A DNA stretch of 64,000 nt from Myxococcales bacterium (GTDB lineage: Bacteria; Myxococcota_A; Polyangia; Polyangiales; DASUME01), in NCBI GenBank assembly GCA_047601445.1, contig JASGJH010000001.1:160001-224000 (forward strand). The letters run 5' to 3'. Shown piece after piece: positions 1-9,359 of this stretch. Every line of letters begins with the position of its first letter. Position 1 is the first letter of the stretch. Under the pieces are notes generated by a model. That model saw only the letters and a list, made by a program, of their open reading frames with translations, did no database searches and had not been told where the DNA came from. The position numbers and the translations under genes were made by a program.

Positions 1-3000
1 ATGCCCCCAGTACGCACGATCACCTGGTTTCACACCGGAGCGTGGCTGGAGCGGGAGCGACTCGAGCTCGCGTTGGCGCAGGAGTACTACCGACAGGACC
101 CGGAGGCGCCGCTGCTGGAGGACACGCGGCTTCCTCCTGGACTTTCGGCGGCCGACGAGCGTGAGGCAGCCCGCGCGTTGCGGGGGCAGGTCCTGCGGCA
201 GGAGATCTATGGTGAGGACGAGACCTCGGCGAGCGCGCACCCCTACTCGGTTTCGGAGCGGGATTACGAGGTTAGGTTGATTCAGGGGCGATTAGGGAAC
301 GCCCATGGTGTGTTCTTCACGCACCCCCGCACCACGATCAGTCTCGCGTACGAGCGCAACCCGGGCGATCGACGGATGAGCCAGGAGTTCGTGCTCGACG
401 TGGATGAGTTCGGAAACGTCCTCCGGTCCGCCTCCATTGCCTATCCGAGGCGGAAGCCTGAGGAGGCCGAGCAAGCGAAGCTCTGGGCGACGGTCAGCGA
501 AGCAGTCGTGACCAACGTGCTCGTGGGCGGCCATCGGCTCGGGGTGCCACTCGAAGGGCGCTCCTATGAGCTGACCGGGCTAGCGCCGCCTCCTCGCGGG
601 GTGCTCGCATTCGATGCCGTTGCTGTCGCTGCCCGCACTGAGAGTGTGCTCGCCTATGAAGAGGAGCCGCAGAACGGTATACAAAAGCGCCTCTTGAGCC
701 ACGGGTTTCAGCGATACTACGACTCGGAGCGTTTGAACGCGGGGCCGCTTCCCTTCGGGCAGGCGGACGCACGGGCCATCCTCTACGAGACCTACCAGCT
801 GGCTCTCACGCCCGGCCTTGTCGAGCGGGCCTTCAACGGCGATGTGCTGCGTGTGACGGGCGAAACCCTCACCGCCGCGGGGTATTGCGAGCTCGAGGGA
901 CGCGTCGGGTGGTGGGTTCCTTCCGCGAGAGCCGTACCCGACGCGACGCGCTTCTTTCAGCCCACAGAGTTCTTCGACGCGTTCGGGAACCGGTCTCGCA
1001 CCAGGTACGACCGCTACGCTGTCTTGGTGGAACGCGTAGAAGACGCTCTCGCCAACACTATGGTTGCCCGCAACGACTACCGGATGCTCGGTCCGGCAAT
1101 GGTCACCGATCCGAACGGCAATCGTACGGCCGTCAACTTCGATGTTCTCGGCATGGTCGTGGCGACGGCGGTCATGGGTAAGGAGGGCTCGGACGATGGG
1201 GACACCCTGGCCGATCCCACCACCATGCTCGACTACGATCTCTTCCGGTGGCTCGACCACGGTACGCCGAATTTCGTGCGGACGCGCGTCCGAGAGGTGC
1301 ACAGAAGCCCGAGCACCCGGTGGCTCGAGAGCTATGCCTATTCGGACGGCTCGGGGCGAGTGGCGATGACGAAGGCCCGGGTTCGCGGGGGCGACGCACC
1401 CGCGCGGGGAGCCGACGGTAAGCTACTCAAGGATCCCGACGGCTCCCTGGTCCTTGTAGGTACCGAATCACGGTGGGTGGGCTCCGGGAAAGCCGTGCTG
1501 AACAACAAGGGGCTGCCAGTAAAGCAGTACGAGCCCTTCTTCTCATCAACCAGGGAGTTTGAGGACGAGGCGGAGCTAGTTCAGTGGGGCGTGACGCCGA
1601 TCATGTTCTACGATGCTGCAGGCCGGCTCATTCGCACCGTGCTGCCGCACGGCGGTGTGGGGCGCGTTGTGTTCACACCCTGGGAGCAGGTTGTTTACGA
1701 CGAGCACGATACGGTATTGGAGGCGGGGAACCGATGGCTCGCTGAGCGAACGGCTGGGGGGGCGCTCGCGTCCGATCCCGATGAGGCGCGAGCCGCGAGG
1801 GCCGCCGTGGCGCACGCTAACACGCCGACCACCACCAAGTTCGACACAATGGGACGGCCATTCTTGGTGCACGCACGGTTGTCGTCGGACCCGAATGTAG
1901 AGCCCATCGCGACCAGAGCGGTGCTGGATGTCGAGGGGCACGCGCTGCAGGTGAACGATGCTCTTGGGCGCGACTGCATGGTTTCCACGTTCGGCATAGG
2001 CGGCCAGGTATTGCGTCAAATCTCGATCGACGCCGGCGATCGTCGCGCACTCGCCACGGTCGATGGGGGTCCGCACGCGACCTGGGACGCCGTGGGGCAT
2101 CTGGTGGAGACCCGCTTCGATGCGCTGAGGCGGCCGACCTACGTCAAGGTTGCTCGAAGTGGCGTCAGTTGGTTGGCGAGCCGCATTTTGTATGGAGAGT
2201 CGCTCGTCAAGAACGACGCCGTGGCGAGCAACACGCTTGGAAAGGCGATTCTCAGCTTTGACGGCGCGGGGCTTGTGCGAACACAACGCTACGACTTCAA
2301 GGGAAACCTGCTCGAGTCATCTCGCACGCTTGCCCGGGAGTACCGACGGGAGCCTGACTGGAGTCCGCTTGAGGCGGTCGTAGACACCGAGGCGGCGCTC
2401 GTGGCCGCGTCCGACCTGCTTGAAGGAGAGAGCTTTCAGAGAACCTTTAGGTTCGACGCGCTGAATCGGGTGATCCGCGGGACCTATCCCGATCATGGTG
2501 ATTTCACGAAGCAATCAAGTGCGGCCCCGCAGTACGACGAGGCTGGTATGCTTCGTGCGCTGACCGTCTCTGTGCGAGGGGCCGCGGACGCTCCCTTTGT
2601 CGGAGACGTCACTTACAACGCGCAGGGGCAGCGAGAACGTATCGCCTACGGCAACGGCACGGAGACATCGTACCGCTACGACCCGCTCACGCTTCGCCTA
2701 TGCAGCGTCGCGACGACGCGCCCAACATCTCTCAAAAGCGAGAGCGAGCGCCTCCAGGCGATCGACTATGTGTATGACTGCGTCGGCAACATCACGACGA
2801 TGCGTGACTCGGCCGCGCAGGAGCTCTTTTTTTCCGGGACGCAAGCGCTAGAGGCCAACCAGTACGTATACGACGCGCTCTACAGGCTCACCGAGGCGAC
2901 CGGGCGTGAGCAAAAGGGCTTGGTGGGGGACGCTCAACGAGATGATAGGGACCTGCCGATCCAAAACCTGCCGCACGTGAACGACGGCCAGGCACTGCGG

Positions 3001-4803
3001 CGTTACCGAGAGTCCTACGAATACGACGTCGTCGGCAACTTCGACCTGTGGACGCACGAGGCATTGGGCGAGGGCCCTGGATTGCAGGCAACCTGGAAGA
3101 GGGCCTACGCCTACGGCGTGCACAAAGACAAGCGCTCGAATCGGCTCGAGAGTACGAGCCTGCCCGAGGACCAGCTCGCGAGTTACCACCACGACAACAA
3201 CGGCAACATGGTCAGCATGCCGCACCTCTTGGCCATTGCGTACACGCATGCCGACCAGATGCGGTTCGCCGATCTGGGGGGTGGCGGGATGGCCTTCTAC
3301 ACATACGATGGAGGTGGTGAGCGCGCGCGCAAAGTGATCGAGCGGCCCGGTGGCACCGTGCTCGAGCGCATCTACCTGGGGGACTACGAGGTGTACCGGG
3401 AGCGCAGGGGCGAGCGGAACGAGTTGGAGCGCCAAACGTTGCACGTGATGGATGGTGCGCGTCGTGTCGCTATGGTCGAGACAAAGACCGAGGATGCGGA
3501 AGACCAGAACGGCCTAGGTGTTAGCCGAGCGCGCTACCAGCTCGGAAACCACTTGGATTCGGCGATGCTCGAGTGCGACGAGAAAGGCGCCTTAATCTCC
3601 TACGAGGAATATCATCCGTACGGAACCTCGTCATTCCGAAGCGCTCGCGGTGGACTCGAGGTGAGCGCCAAGCGATATCGGTACACCGGCAAGGAGAGGG
3701 ACGAGGAGACGGGGTTTGGGTACCACTCGGCGAGGTACTGCGCATACTGGTTGGGAAGGTGGACCAATTGTGACCCCGTTGGACTGAGAGGAGCAGGGCC
3801 AAACCTCTACGAGTATGGTCTAGCGAATCCGCACCGAATGACAGACCCGCAAGGGACAAGCCCGACCGACGTCGACTACAATGCCATCGGACCAGCGGCC
3901 TCTCCGAACAGCGCGACCCTGAGCGTTTGGGAGGCGAAGGTGCCCGGAATTCTACCGAAGTTGGGCGAGGCGCCAACACCGATCCTAATGGGCAACGGAT
4001 GGAGCGCGAGCGCCAACGTTGGTCTCAATTCCAAGGGTCCGGCTACGACCCGGGCCGGGACCTCAGGTTCTTCGAACGGCGCTAGGAACGGCTGGGCACT
4101 GTTGCTGCCAGCTGTTGCGAAGGCGATGGATGGGGTCCTGGAGAACGTGAAGACCCAGGCACTGGAAGTATTAAAGGACGGGGTCGAAGTGGCCGCCGAA
4201 AGCGAACTGACTTCGACTGCCGTCGTGGAGGGCATAGGCGTCGCAGCGAGCGTCCCGGAGTCTGCTGAGGCTGTTGCCCTAATGCCGCTGCTCGCACCAG
4301 TCGCAGCAACTTTCACGATGGTTGTAGGTCCAGGTTTGGCGTTTGAACCACACAAACCGACCATCACATGGACGATAGGAGGAGTCGACGCCGACACCTA
4401 TTCCTATTTGGACCCTTCCGGAAAGCCATGTATCTACCCAGTGGTCTTGCATCCACCGACAACAGACACGAGTGCAGAAGCCGTCTATGAAACCCAGCTC
4501 TACATCTGGTTCGGACGGGAGGAAGTGAGGCTTGGTCTCCTATCGCCGACGGGGCGAGTTTCGACAAAAGGTAAACTCGGGACAGAAAAGAAGAATGCGA
4601 CCGAACGCGAAAAGCGCCGAGCTGCTCGGGCTGGAACACCGTACAAGGGACAGGCCTCCCATATGATCGATACGACATGGACCGGCTCAGCTGAGCCGCC
4701 TGCATGGTACGATATGATTCCGGCTGTGAACCTAAGCCTAGGCTCACAATCGGAAAAGTATCCGCTCAAATACAAGCCGGATTGCTTTATCTTCGCTCCC
4801 TAA
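1..4803 (+). CDS. Tc toxin B-C fusion / Rhs repeat protein with variable C-terminal toxin domain (probably 5'-partial)
   Basis: TcdB-middle-like start (PPVRTITWFHTGAW), YD repeats, Rhs core (YEEYHPYG, RYRYTGKERDEETG), PxxxxDPxG motif (PHRMTDPQG), then a divergent ~315-aa tail. Confidence 0.9.
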   Translation: MPPVRTITWFHTGAWLERERLELALAQEYYRQDPEAPLLEDTRLPPGLSAADEREAARALRGQVLRQEIYGEDETSASAHPYSVSERDYEVRLIQGRLGNAHGVFFTHPRTTISLAYERNPGDRRMSQEFVLDVDEFGNVLRSASIAYPRRKPEEAEQAKLWATVSEAVVTNVLVGGHRLGVPLEGRSYELTGLAPPPRGVLAFDAVAVAARTESVLAYEEEPQNGIQKRLLSHGFQRYYDSERLNAGPLPFGQADARAILYETYQLALTPGLVERAFNGDVLRVTGETLTAAGYCELEGRVGWWVPSARAVPDATRFFQPTEFFDAFGNRSRTRYDRYAVLVERVEDALANTMVARNDYRMLGPAMVTDPNGNRTAVNFDVLGMVVATAVMGKEGSDDGDTLADPTTMLDYDLFRWLDHGTPNFVRTRVREVHRSPSTRWLESYAYSDGSGRVAMTKARVRGGDAPARGADGKLLKDPDGSLVLVGTESRWVGSGKAVLNNKGLPVKQYEPFFSSTREFEDEAELVQWGVTPIMFYDAAGRLIRTVLPHGGVGRVVFTPWEQVVYDEHDTVLEAGNRWLAERTAGGALASDPDEARAARAAVAHANTPTTTKFDTMGRPFLVHARLSSDPNVEPIATRAVLDVEGHALQVNDALGRDCMVSTFGIGGQVLRQISIDAGDRRALATVDGGPHATWDAVGHLVETRFDALRRPTYVKVARSGVSWLASRILYGESLVKNDAVASNTLGKAILSFDGAGLVRTQRYDFKGNLLESSRTLAREYRREPDWSPLEAVVDTEAALVAASDLLEGESFQRTFRFDALNRVIRGTYPDHGDFTKQSSAAPQYDEAGMLRALTVSVRGAADAPFVGDVTYNAQGQRERIAYGNGTETSYRYDPLTLRLCSVATTRPTSLKSESERLQAIDYVYDCVGNITTMRDSAAQELFFSGTQALEANQYVYDALYRLTEATGREQKGLVGDAQRDDRDLPIQNLPHVNDGQALRRYRESYEYDVVGNFDLWTHEALGEGPGLQATWKRAYAYGVHKDKRSNRLESTSLPEDQLASYHHDNNGNMVSMPHLLAIAYTHADQMRFADLGGGGMAFYTYDGGGERARKVIERPGGTVLERIYLGDYEVYRERRGERNELERQTLHVMDGARRVAMVETKTEDAEDQNGLGVSRARYQLGNHLDSAMLECDEKGALISYEEYHPYGTSSFRSARGGLEVSAKRYRYTGKERDEETGFGYHSARYCAYWLGRWTNCDPVGLRGAGPNLYEYGLANPHRMTDPQGTSPTDVDYNAIGPAASPNSATLSVWEAKVPGILPKLGEAPTPILMGNGWSASANVGLNSKGPATTRAGTSGSSNGARNGWALLLPAVAKAMDGVLENVKTQALEVLKDGVEVAAESELTSTAVVEGIGVAASVPESAEAVALMPLLAPVAATFTMVVGPGLAFEPHKPTITWTIGGVDADTYSYLDPSGKPCIYPVVLHPPTTDTSAEAVYETQLYIWFGREEVRLGLLSPTGRVSTKGKLGTEKKNATEREKRRAARAGTPYKGQASHMIDTTWTGSAEPPAWYDMIPAVNLSLGSQSEKYPLKYKPDCFIFAP

Positions 4804-4832
4804 TTGTGCCTGCAACGCGGGCTTGAGCATGC

Positions 4833-4919
4833 AATGCGACCGGTGTCGGTGGAACCCAGGCGAACAATACGTCGAGCGATGCCGGGGCCGCCTACGTCTT
4901 CACGCGTTCCGAAGGCGTT
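4833..4919 (+). pseudogene. Isolated fragment of an FG-GAP/integrin-like repeat
   Basis: Manual translation NATGVGGTQANNTSSDAGAAYVFTRSEGV resembles bacterial integrin-like repeats (xGAAYVFxR); no start or continuation. Confidence 0.5.
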
Positions 4920-5065
4920 GCTCTTGCGGGCGCACACGCCGTTCACCTGCTGCACCGGGGTGCACGTGGTGGTGTTGCTGCAGGTCGTGCTCTCTCGCAC
5001 GACGAGAAGCTTCCCCCACGAGAGGCAGCTGGCAGCAACGCACGCGTGGCTTAGAGTAGGCCACG

Positions 5066-5312
5066 GTGGAGATTGAAGGCGCACTGCTATCCTTGATTGA
5101 GGCGTTTCGGCCCCGCCTAGCGCCCTCTGTCGTGTCACACATCGAGGGGTTAGCGAGATTCGGGCGAATGCGCAGTCGCTCTTGAGGAGCTTTGCACTTA
5201 TCTCAGCGAAGCTGACGTACAGCCGGCAGCAGAAGAGCTCTCGTCGATTTCAAAGCTAGGCGCGGTGCTGAACGTCGACTCCGGCTACTGGGCGACCTGG
5301 ACATCGACGTGA
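5066..5312 (+). pseudogene. MafI-like immunity protein with +1 frameshift at GGG 5162-5164
   Basis: Removing one G gives MEIEGALLSLIEAFRPRLAPSVVSHIEGLARFGECAVALEELCTYLSEADVQPAAEELSSISKLGAVLNVDSGYWATWTST*, with the GExxxALExLC...LG..L..D...W pattern; lies downstream of the Rhs toxin. Confidence 0.6.
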
Positions 5313-5514
5313 GGCGCTCAGCAGTTGCGCGTGGCTGTTCAGACGGTCGCGGGTGCCGCGGCGAAGCGTTCGGGGGACCGTTAGTGGGATTGCAGCAAGA
5401 GTTGACGCCGGGCAGGGAAGCTACTTGCAGGTGCGTCTTTGCTTTTCAAACATGGCGACGGAGCCGTCGCCGGATCGGTCGCGGGAGCCGGGGCGCGCCG
5501 CTCGTGGGCCCGCA

Positions 5515-5584
5515 AATCCTCCGCAGGCCGCGTACGGGTCGGCTAGGCGAATCCTCCGCAGGCCGCGTACGGGTCGGCTAGGCG
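5515..5584. repeat. Perfect tandem duplication, 2 x 35 bp
   Basis: aatcctccgcaggccgcgtacgggtcggctaggcg at 5515-5549 and 5550-5584. Confidence 0.95.
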
Positions 5585-6145
5585 CGAGAACTTCCAGACG
5601 GCGCGGAATCGCTGCGCGGGAGCAGGCCGTAGATCGCCGCGTGCGGTCCGGGCTGCGCGAGTTAGCGATCGAGCCGCGCCGAGCCCGGCCGACGAGTTCA
5701 CGGCACGCCGACCTAGGTGCCGCGTAGTGAACGATGTGATCGTGGACGAGCGATGTTTCGTGACGCGGTAGCAACTTGTGCTGCTAACCGTTGGAGGGCA
5801 CCAGCACATCGAAGGTCAGCGCCGTGACGTCCCACGCTTCGTTGTCTCCAGGCTCGCGACCGTACGCGCTGGAGGGCGCTCGCAAGGCCCGTGCGATACC
5901 TGCGTCGGGTTTACATGACCTAGGTTCGGAGAACTGTAACGAATAAGGCCGTCCTGAGCTGAAGCGCATGCGCCTTCGCTCCCCAACACTGGCTGGCCCC
6001 TCGGCGCGCGGTTGGTCGGCCATGGCTTGCGTTCGCTCAAAGCTAACGGACGTCGCTGTCCGAGGGGCGCCCGGAACAGACCTTGGTGCGCGGTTCGAAT
6101 CAGTATTGGTAGACGTTAGCGAATCGCAATGCGCATCATTTCAGA

Positions 6146-6979
6146 ATGCCAGAGGAAAATTCAGCGACAAGCGTCGGCAAGGAACTCCCGGAAACTGCGA
6201 TACAACGGCTGTCGGAGCGTCTAGGAGACCCCTTTCTGTTCTCGTTCGTCACCGCGTTCATCATCTTCGGGTGGCGATTCTTCTTCGCGCTCCTCCACGT
6301 GCCCAAGATTGGCGCACTCAAAGACCTCACGAGCGCAGTCAACAGGGTTTCCGAGTACCTGGACGATTGGGTGTTTTGGAAGGCGTTCTCTGTTGGTCTC
6401 TTCTTTGCTTTTGTCTGGCCATGGTTAGGCGGTGCGCAGCGACTTTATCTGGCATGGAAAGAGAGGCTTGTCGGCGACTGGGAGCAGTCGATTCGTTCAA
6501 ACAAGACCATCACTCTTGCAGCACTGAGGGAACATCCAGAGTTCGTCGCGCTTCAAGGAGAGCACCAAGCGCTAGTTGCATTCGCCGCAAGGACAGCCGG
6601 ATGCGTCATCGACGAGAGCACCGTCTATCTGGTGGCTTATGCGCCACCGGAAGGAGTGCAAAAATTTTCGTTCGTCGAGGTGATTCGCGGATCCGAGTTG
6701 GCCACGACACGGCGCGTGAAATTAGGTCCACAGAGAAGCAGCAATGCAGAAGTTGGTTTTGTCGTCGATTCCATCAAAGGGCCGACAGGGCGGTCGATGG
6801 TCATTCTCGCGCTCAAATCGATGCAGTTCAGATGGCCGGATAACGTCGAGTTTGCCCCCATGACCTCTGGACCAAAAGGGGATGGCTTGGCGGGAGTGGG
6901 CCAACATTCCTGGGACATTCCTCGCATTGAACCCGTATCCGATCATCCGCAGAGGATAGGCAAGCTGGTCACTACGTGA
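6146..6979 (+). CDS. Hypothetical membrane protein (two N-terminal TM helices)
   Basis: 277-aa ORF, hydrophobic segments PFLFSFVTAFIIFGW and FSVGLFFAFVWPWL, more AT-rich than backbone. Confidence 0.7.
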   Translation: MPEENSATSVGKELPETAIQRLSERLGDPFLFSFVTAFIIFGWRFFFALLHVPKIGALKDLTSAVNRVSEYLDDWVFWKAFSVGLFFAFVWPWLGGAQRLYLAWKERLVGDWEQSIRSNKTITLAALREHPEFVALQGEHQALVAFAARTAGCVIDESTVYLVAYAPPEGVQKFSFVEVIRGSELATTRRVKLGPQRSSNAEVGFVVDSIKGPTGRSMVILALKSMQFRWPDNVEFAPMTSGPKGDGLAGVGQHSWDIPRIEPVSDHPQRIGKLVTT

Positions 6980-7371
6980 AGGGTCCGAGCTTTGTTGAAG
7001 CCGAGCGCACGCGCATCGTTCGCGACCAATAACTGGCAGCGCTGCAGGCGCAAACCTCTGGAATCGCCCAATGAATTGGTCCTCAGTTTACATGGCATCG
7101 ATTCTGCGGCGTGGCGTCATCACCTGCCTCTCAGGCTTGTTCAGTCGCCGACCAAAGCGATGTGATCGGTTCCATATCGCGGCGCGTGATCAGTCACAGC
7201 AGGCCTGAGGGCGGCCGCGGCGCGAGGGTACTCCCGCACGCCGGCGAGAACCGATCCCGCCCGCAGGTTGAGGAGATCGCTGAAGCACACCTGCACCAGC
7301 CCGCCACTGAATCGGACGGTTGTCGCAATCGGCAGACCGCACGTTGGGCTCAACTTGCAGGGAAGGGCGCT

Positions 7372-8040
7372 TCAGCCGCGCGCCGCGCGGTCGACCTCAG
7401 GAGTGCGCGCACCCAGGCGTGCCAGCGTGGCCAAGCGCAACGACGAAAGCGAGACCGCGGTGGGAACGCTGGGCTCGGGAGGTCCGAACATCGTGAGGAC
7501 CTTGCCGTCCATGGTGCCGAGCAGAATCTGTCGTATGGGCCCCTGCATTCCGCGCGGGATCTCCAAGCGATTGACTTCGTACAGCGAAGTGCGCGCGAGC
7601 GCGTGGCCCTCGGGCGTAGGCCCCTGGTGCGCCATTGCGAATGCTGCCTGGAAGCGCATCCATTCGTGGAGCGTAGGCATCAGATCAGCGATGCTCATGC
7701 GCGCGCGAACGTGCAGCCAAAATGCGAGCAACAGGTCGCCGTCGTGCTGCGAGAACGGCTGCGCTCCGAAGCGTCGATTGAAGCGCAGCGGCTCGAGGAA
7801 GAACACCGACAGCATGTAACGATACTCGTCGTTGGTCGCCGTCACGCCTCGATGCTTGATCGACATGCGCTCCAGCGCAGCCCGGCCCGCCTCGCTGTCG
7901 GTTCCTTCCAGGTCAGGGGCTTGATCAGCTCGCGCGTGCGCTGCAGACGTTGGAAGGCCGCTCTGGAGCAGAGAACCGGCATACAGACGTGAAACCATCG
8001 CTGCGATGCTCATCGTGCGCAACAGCCCCAGATACGGCCG
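7372..8040 (-). pseudogene. Degenerate DUF2236/MpaB-like oxygenase
   Basis: GTDSEAGRAALERM..KH....NDEYRYMLSVF..EPLRF..RFG pattern; N-terminus missing and local frame disruption. Confidence 0.55.
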
Positions 8041-8099
8041 AGGCGGAAGTCTCGGGGGTGGCGCTGGTAGTAAATTGCCACGACGAGACTTTGGCGTTC

Positions 8100-8190
8100 G
8101 AGCACCGACGATCACGAACTGCACACCCGCTTCGCCCAAGCACTGGAGCATGTCGGCGAAGTCTTCGTTTAGTTCAGGTGCCTTGGCCAC
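8100..8190 (-). pseudogene. Truncated nucleotidyltransferase (N-terminal fragment)
   Basis: LNEDFADMLQCLGEAGVQFVIVGA is a typical MNT/AbiEii-like start; similarity stops after VGA. Confidence 0.5.
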
Positions 8191-8416
8191 GGCGCCGCAC
8201 CCATCGGACTGGAGTTTCATTGCGCGAGTAGCTGGGAATCTCCTTGCCCATGCTGGCCCAGGCATCCTGCGTCATCCGCCAGACCATGCCGACGCGCTCC
8301 GCAGGGCTTAGTGCGCTCAGATCATCCTCAGGTTCTGCCCCAAGGGCGAACTGTCGGATCTGCCACGTCTTGCGGGCAGCAGCGCGCTTGCGGCGATCTT
8401 CCTCGCCCTCGCTCAT
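8174..8416 (-). CDS. Small hypothetical protein, usual partner of nucleotidyltransferase (TA-like pair)
   Basis: 80 aa, LSPAERVGMVWRMTQDAW motif, overlaps start of the NTase fragment. Confidence 0.6.
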   Translation of the reverse strand: MSEGEEDRRKRAAARKTWQIRQFALGAEPEDDLSALSPAERVGMVWRMTQDAWASMGKEIPSYSRNETPVRWVRRRGQGT

Positions 8417-8732
8417 TCTCAAACCCTACCAAGTTGTACCGCGATCCCGGTACCGAGCAGGCTCGAGCTCACAAGAGCCGTGGCCCGACAGGCGAGCACG
8501 GATGTGCCCATCCGTGCCGGCGCAGCCGAGACCATTCGAGCCCACTCGAGCAAAACCCACTCCCGAAAGCCTCCACCACTCTCCCCACCGTCCCCACCGC
8601 ACCCCCTCTTTGCGTTCCTCCAACCGAACGCGCCCAGCTCTCCTCACCGCCCGTCCGCCGCAGTAAGGATCGGCGGCACCTGTGGCAGGCCACAGGTATC
8701 GCCGATACGTCCGCGAACTGCGGTCGAGCGCA

Positions 8733-8885
8733 GGGGCGAGGGGTGGGCTTGGGGGCGCCCCAAGTCGCTTTGTCGAACTCGTGTCCTCACCGTTGACTGG
8801 GCCACCAAAGCGCGGCCAACTCCCATCTCACCGCCCCCCACGACGCGACAAAGCGCAGCGCGCCCCCAAGCCCACCCCTCGCCCC
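8733..8885. repeat. 26-bp perfect inverted repeat with inner 10-bp IR (MITE-like or large hairpin)
   Basis: ggggcgaggggtgggcttgggggcgc (8733-8758) vs its reverse complement (8860-8885); inner cgctttgtcg (8766-8775) / cgacaaagcg (8846-8855). Confidence 0.85.
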
Positions 8886-8986
8886 GAAGCACCGGCCAAG
8901 ACCGATGGACAACGCGCGGGCAGAGGAGCGGAACTGGGAGCGCTCGGTGGAGGAGCGCACCAGGGAGAACGTTGTGGATTGTAAAG

Positions 8987-9011
8987 AGTGGTGGAGGCGC
9001 CGGGAGTCGAA
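8987..9011. repeat. att site: displaced copy of tmRNA 3' end
   Basis: agtggtggaggcgccgggagtcgaa identical to 23895-23919. Confidence 0.93.
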
Positions 9012-9144
9012 TCCCCTTGGCAGCGATTTCGTAACGTGGCGACATCGCGCGCTTTTTTGCCAAGTGGTTGATTTGAAGGCGCTTTGTCCGCATCGGGTGA
9101 GTGCGCGCCAGTGTTTCCGAGACAACAGCAGTCCCCCGGACTCC

Positions 9145-9163
9145 TGGAGACATATTGGAGGCG
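9145..9163 (+). promoter_or_regulatory. Putative integrase arm-type binding site
   Basis: TGGAGACATATTGGAGGCG, 16/19 identical to 23834-23852; internal TGGAG repeat with 11-bp period. Confidence 0.6.
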
Positions 9164-9215
9164 TGGGATTTGGCGCACCGCTGGGGCGTGATTGCGCCTA
9201 GACGATCGAGTCAAG

Positions 9216-9281
9216 GTGGGCGAGGAGTGGCTCACCGTCGATGAGGCCGCCGTGACTTTGAGGATTGGCCGCAGTGCCGCA
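9216..9281 (+). pseudogene. Excisionase-like HTH remnant
   Basis: EEWLTVDEAAVTLRIGRS, then similarity is lost. Confidence 0.4.
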
Positions 9282-9359
9282 GGTAGATCTACGACGCCGG
9301 AGATTTCCAGGCGTGGTCAGGATGGGGCGGTTGTTCCGGCTGCGGAGATCGGCTCTGCT

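Noticed and set aside
5515..5584. Possible CRISPR array
   Set aside because: Only two abutting copies, no spacer, no cas genes in window
5421..6023. Minus-strand frame interrupted by one stop at 5784
   Set aside because: No recognisable motif; cannot support a pseudogene call
7372..8265. 297-aa ORF as one real protein
   Set aside because: Patchwork of unrelated gene fragments
8946..8953. GGTGGAGG as a second att site
   Set aside because: 8-bp match is expected by chance in GC-rich DNA
8987..9015. Possible tRNA gene
   Set aside because: Only the T-arm/acceptor half; it is the att copy of the tmRNA 3' end
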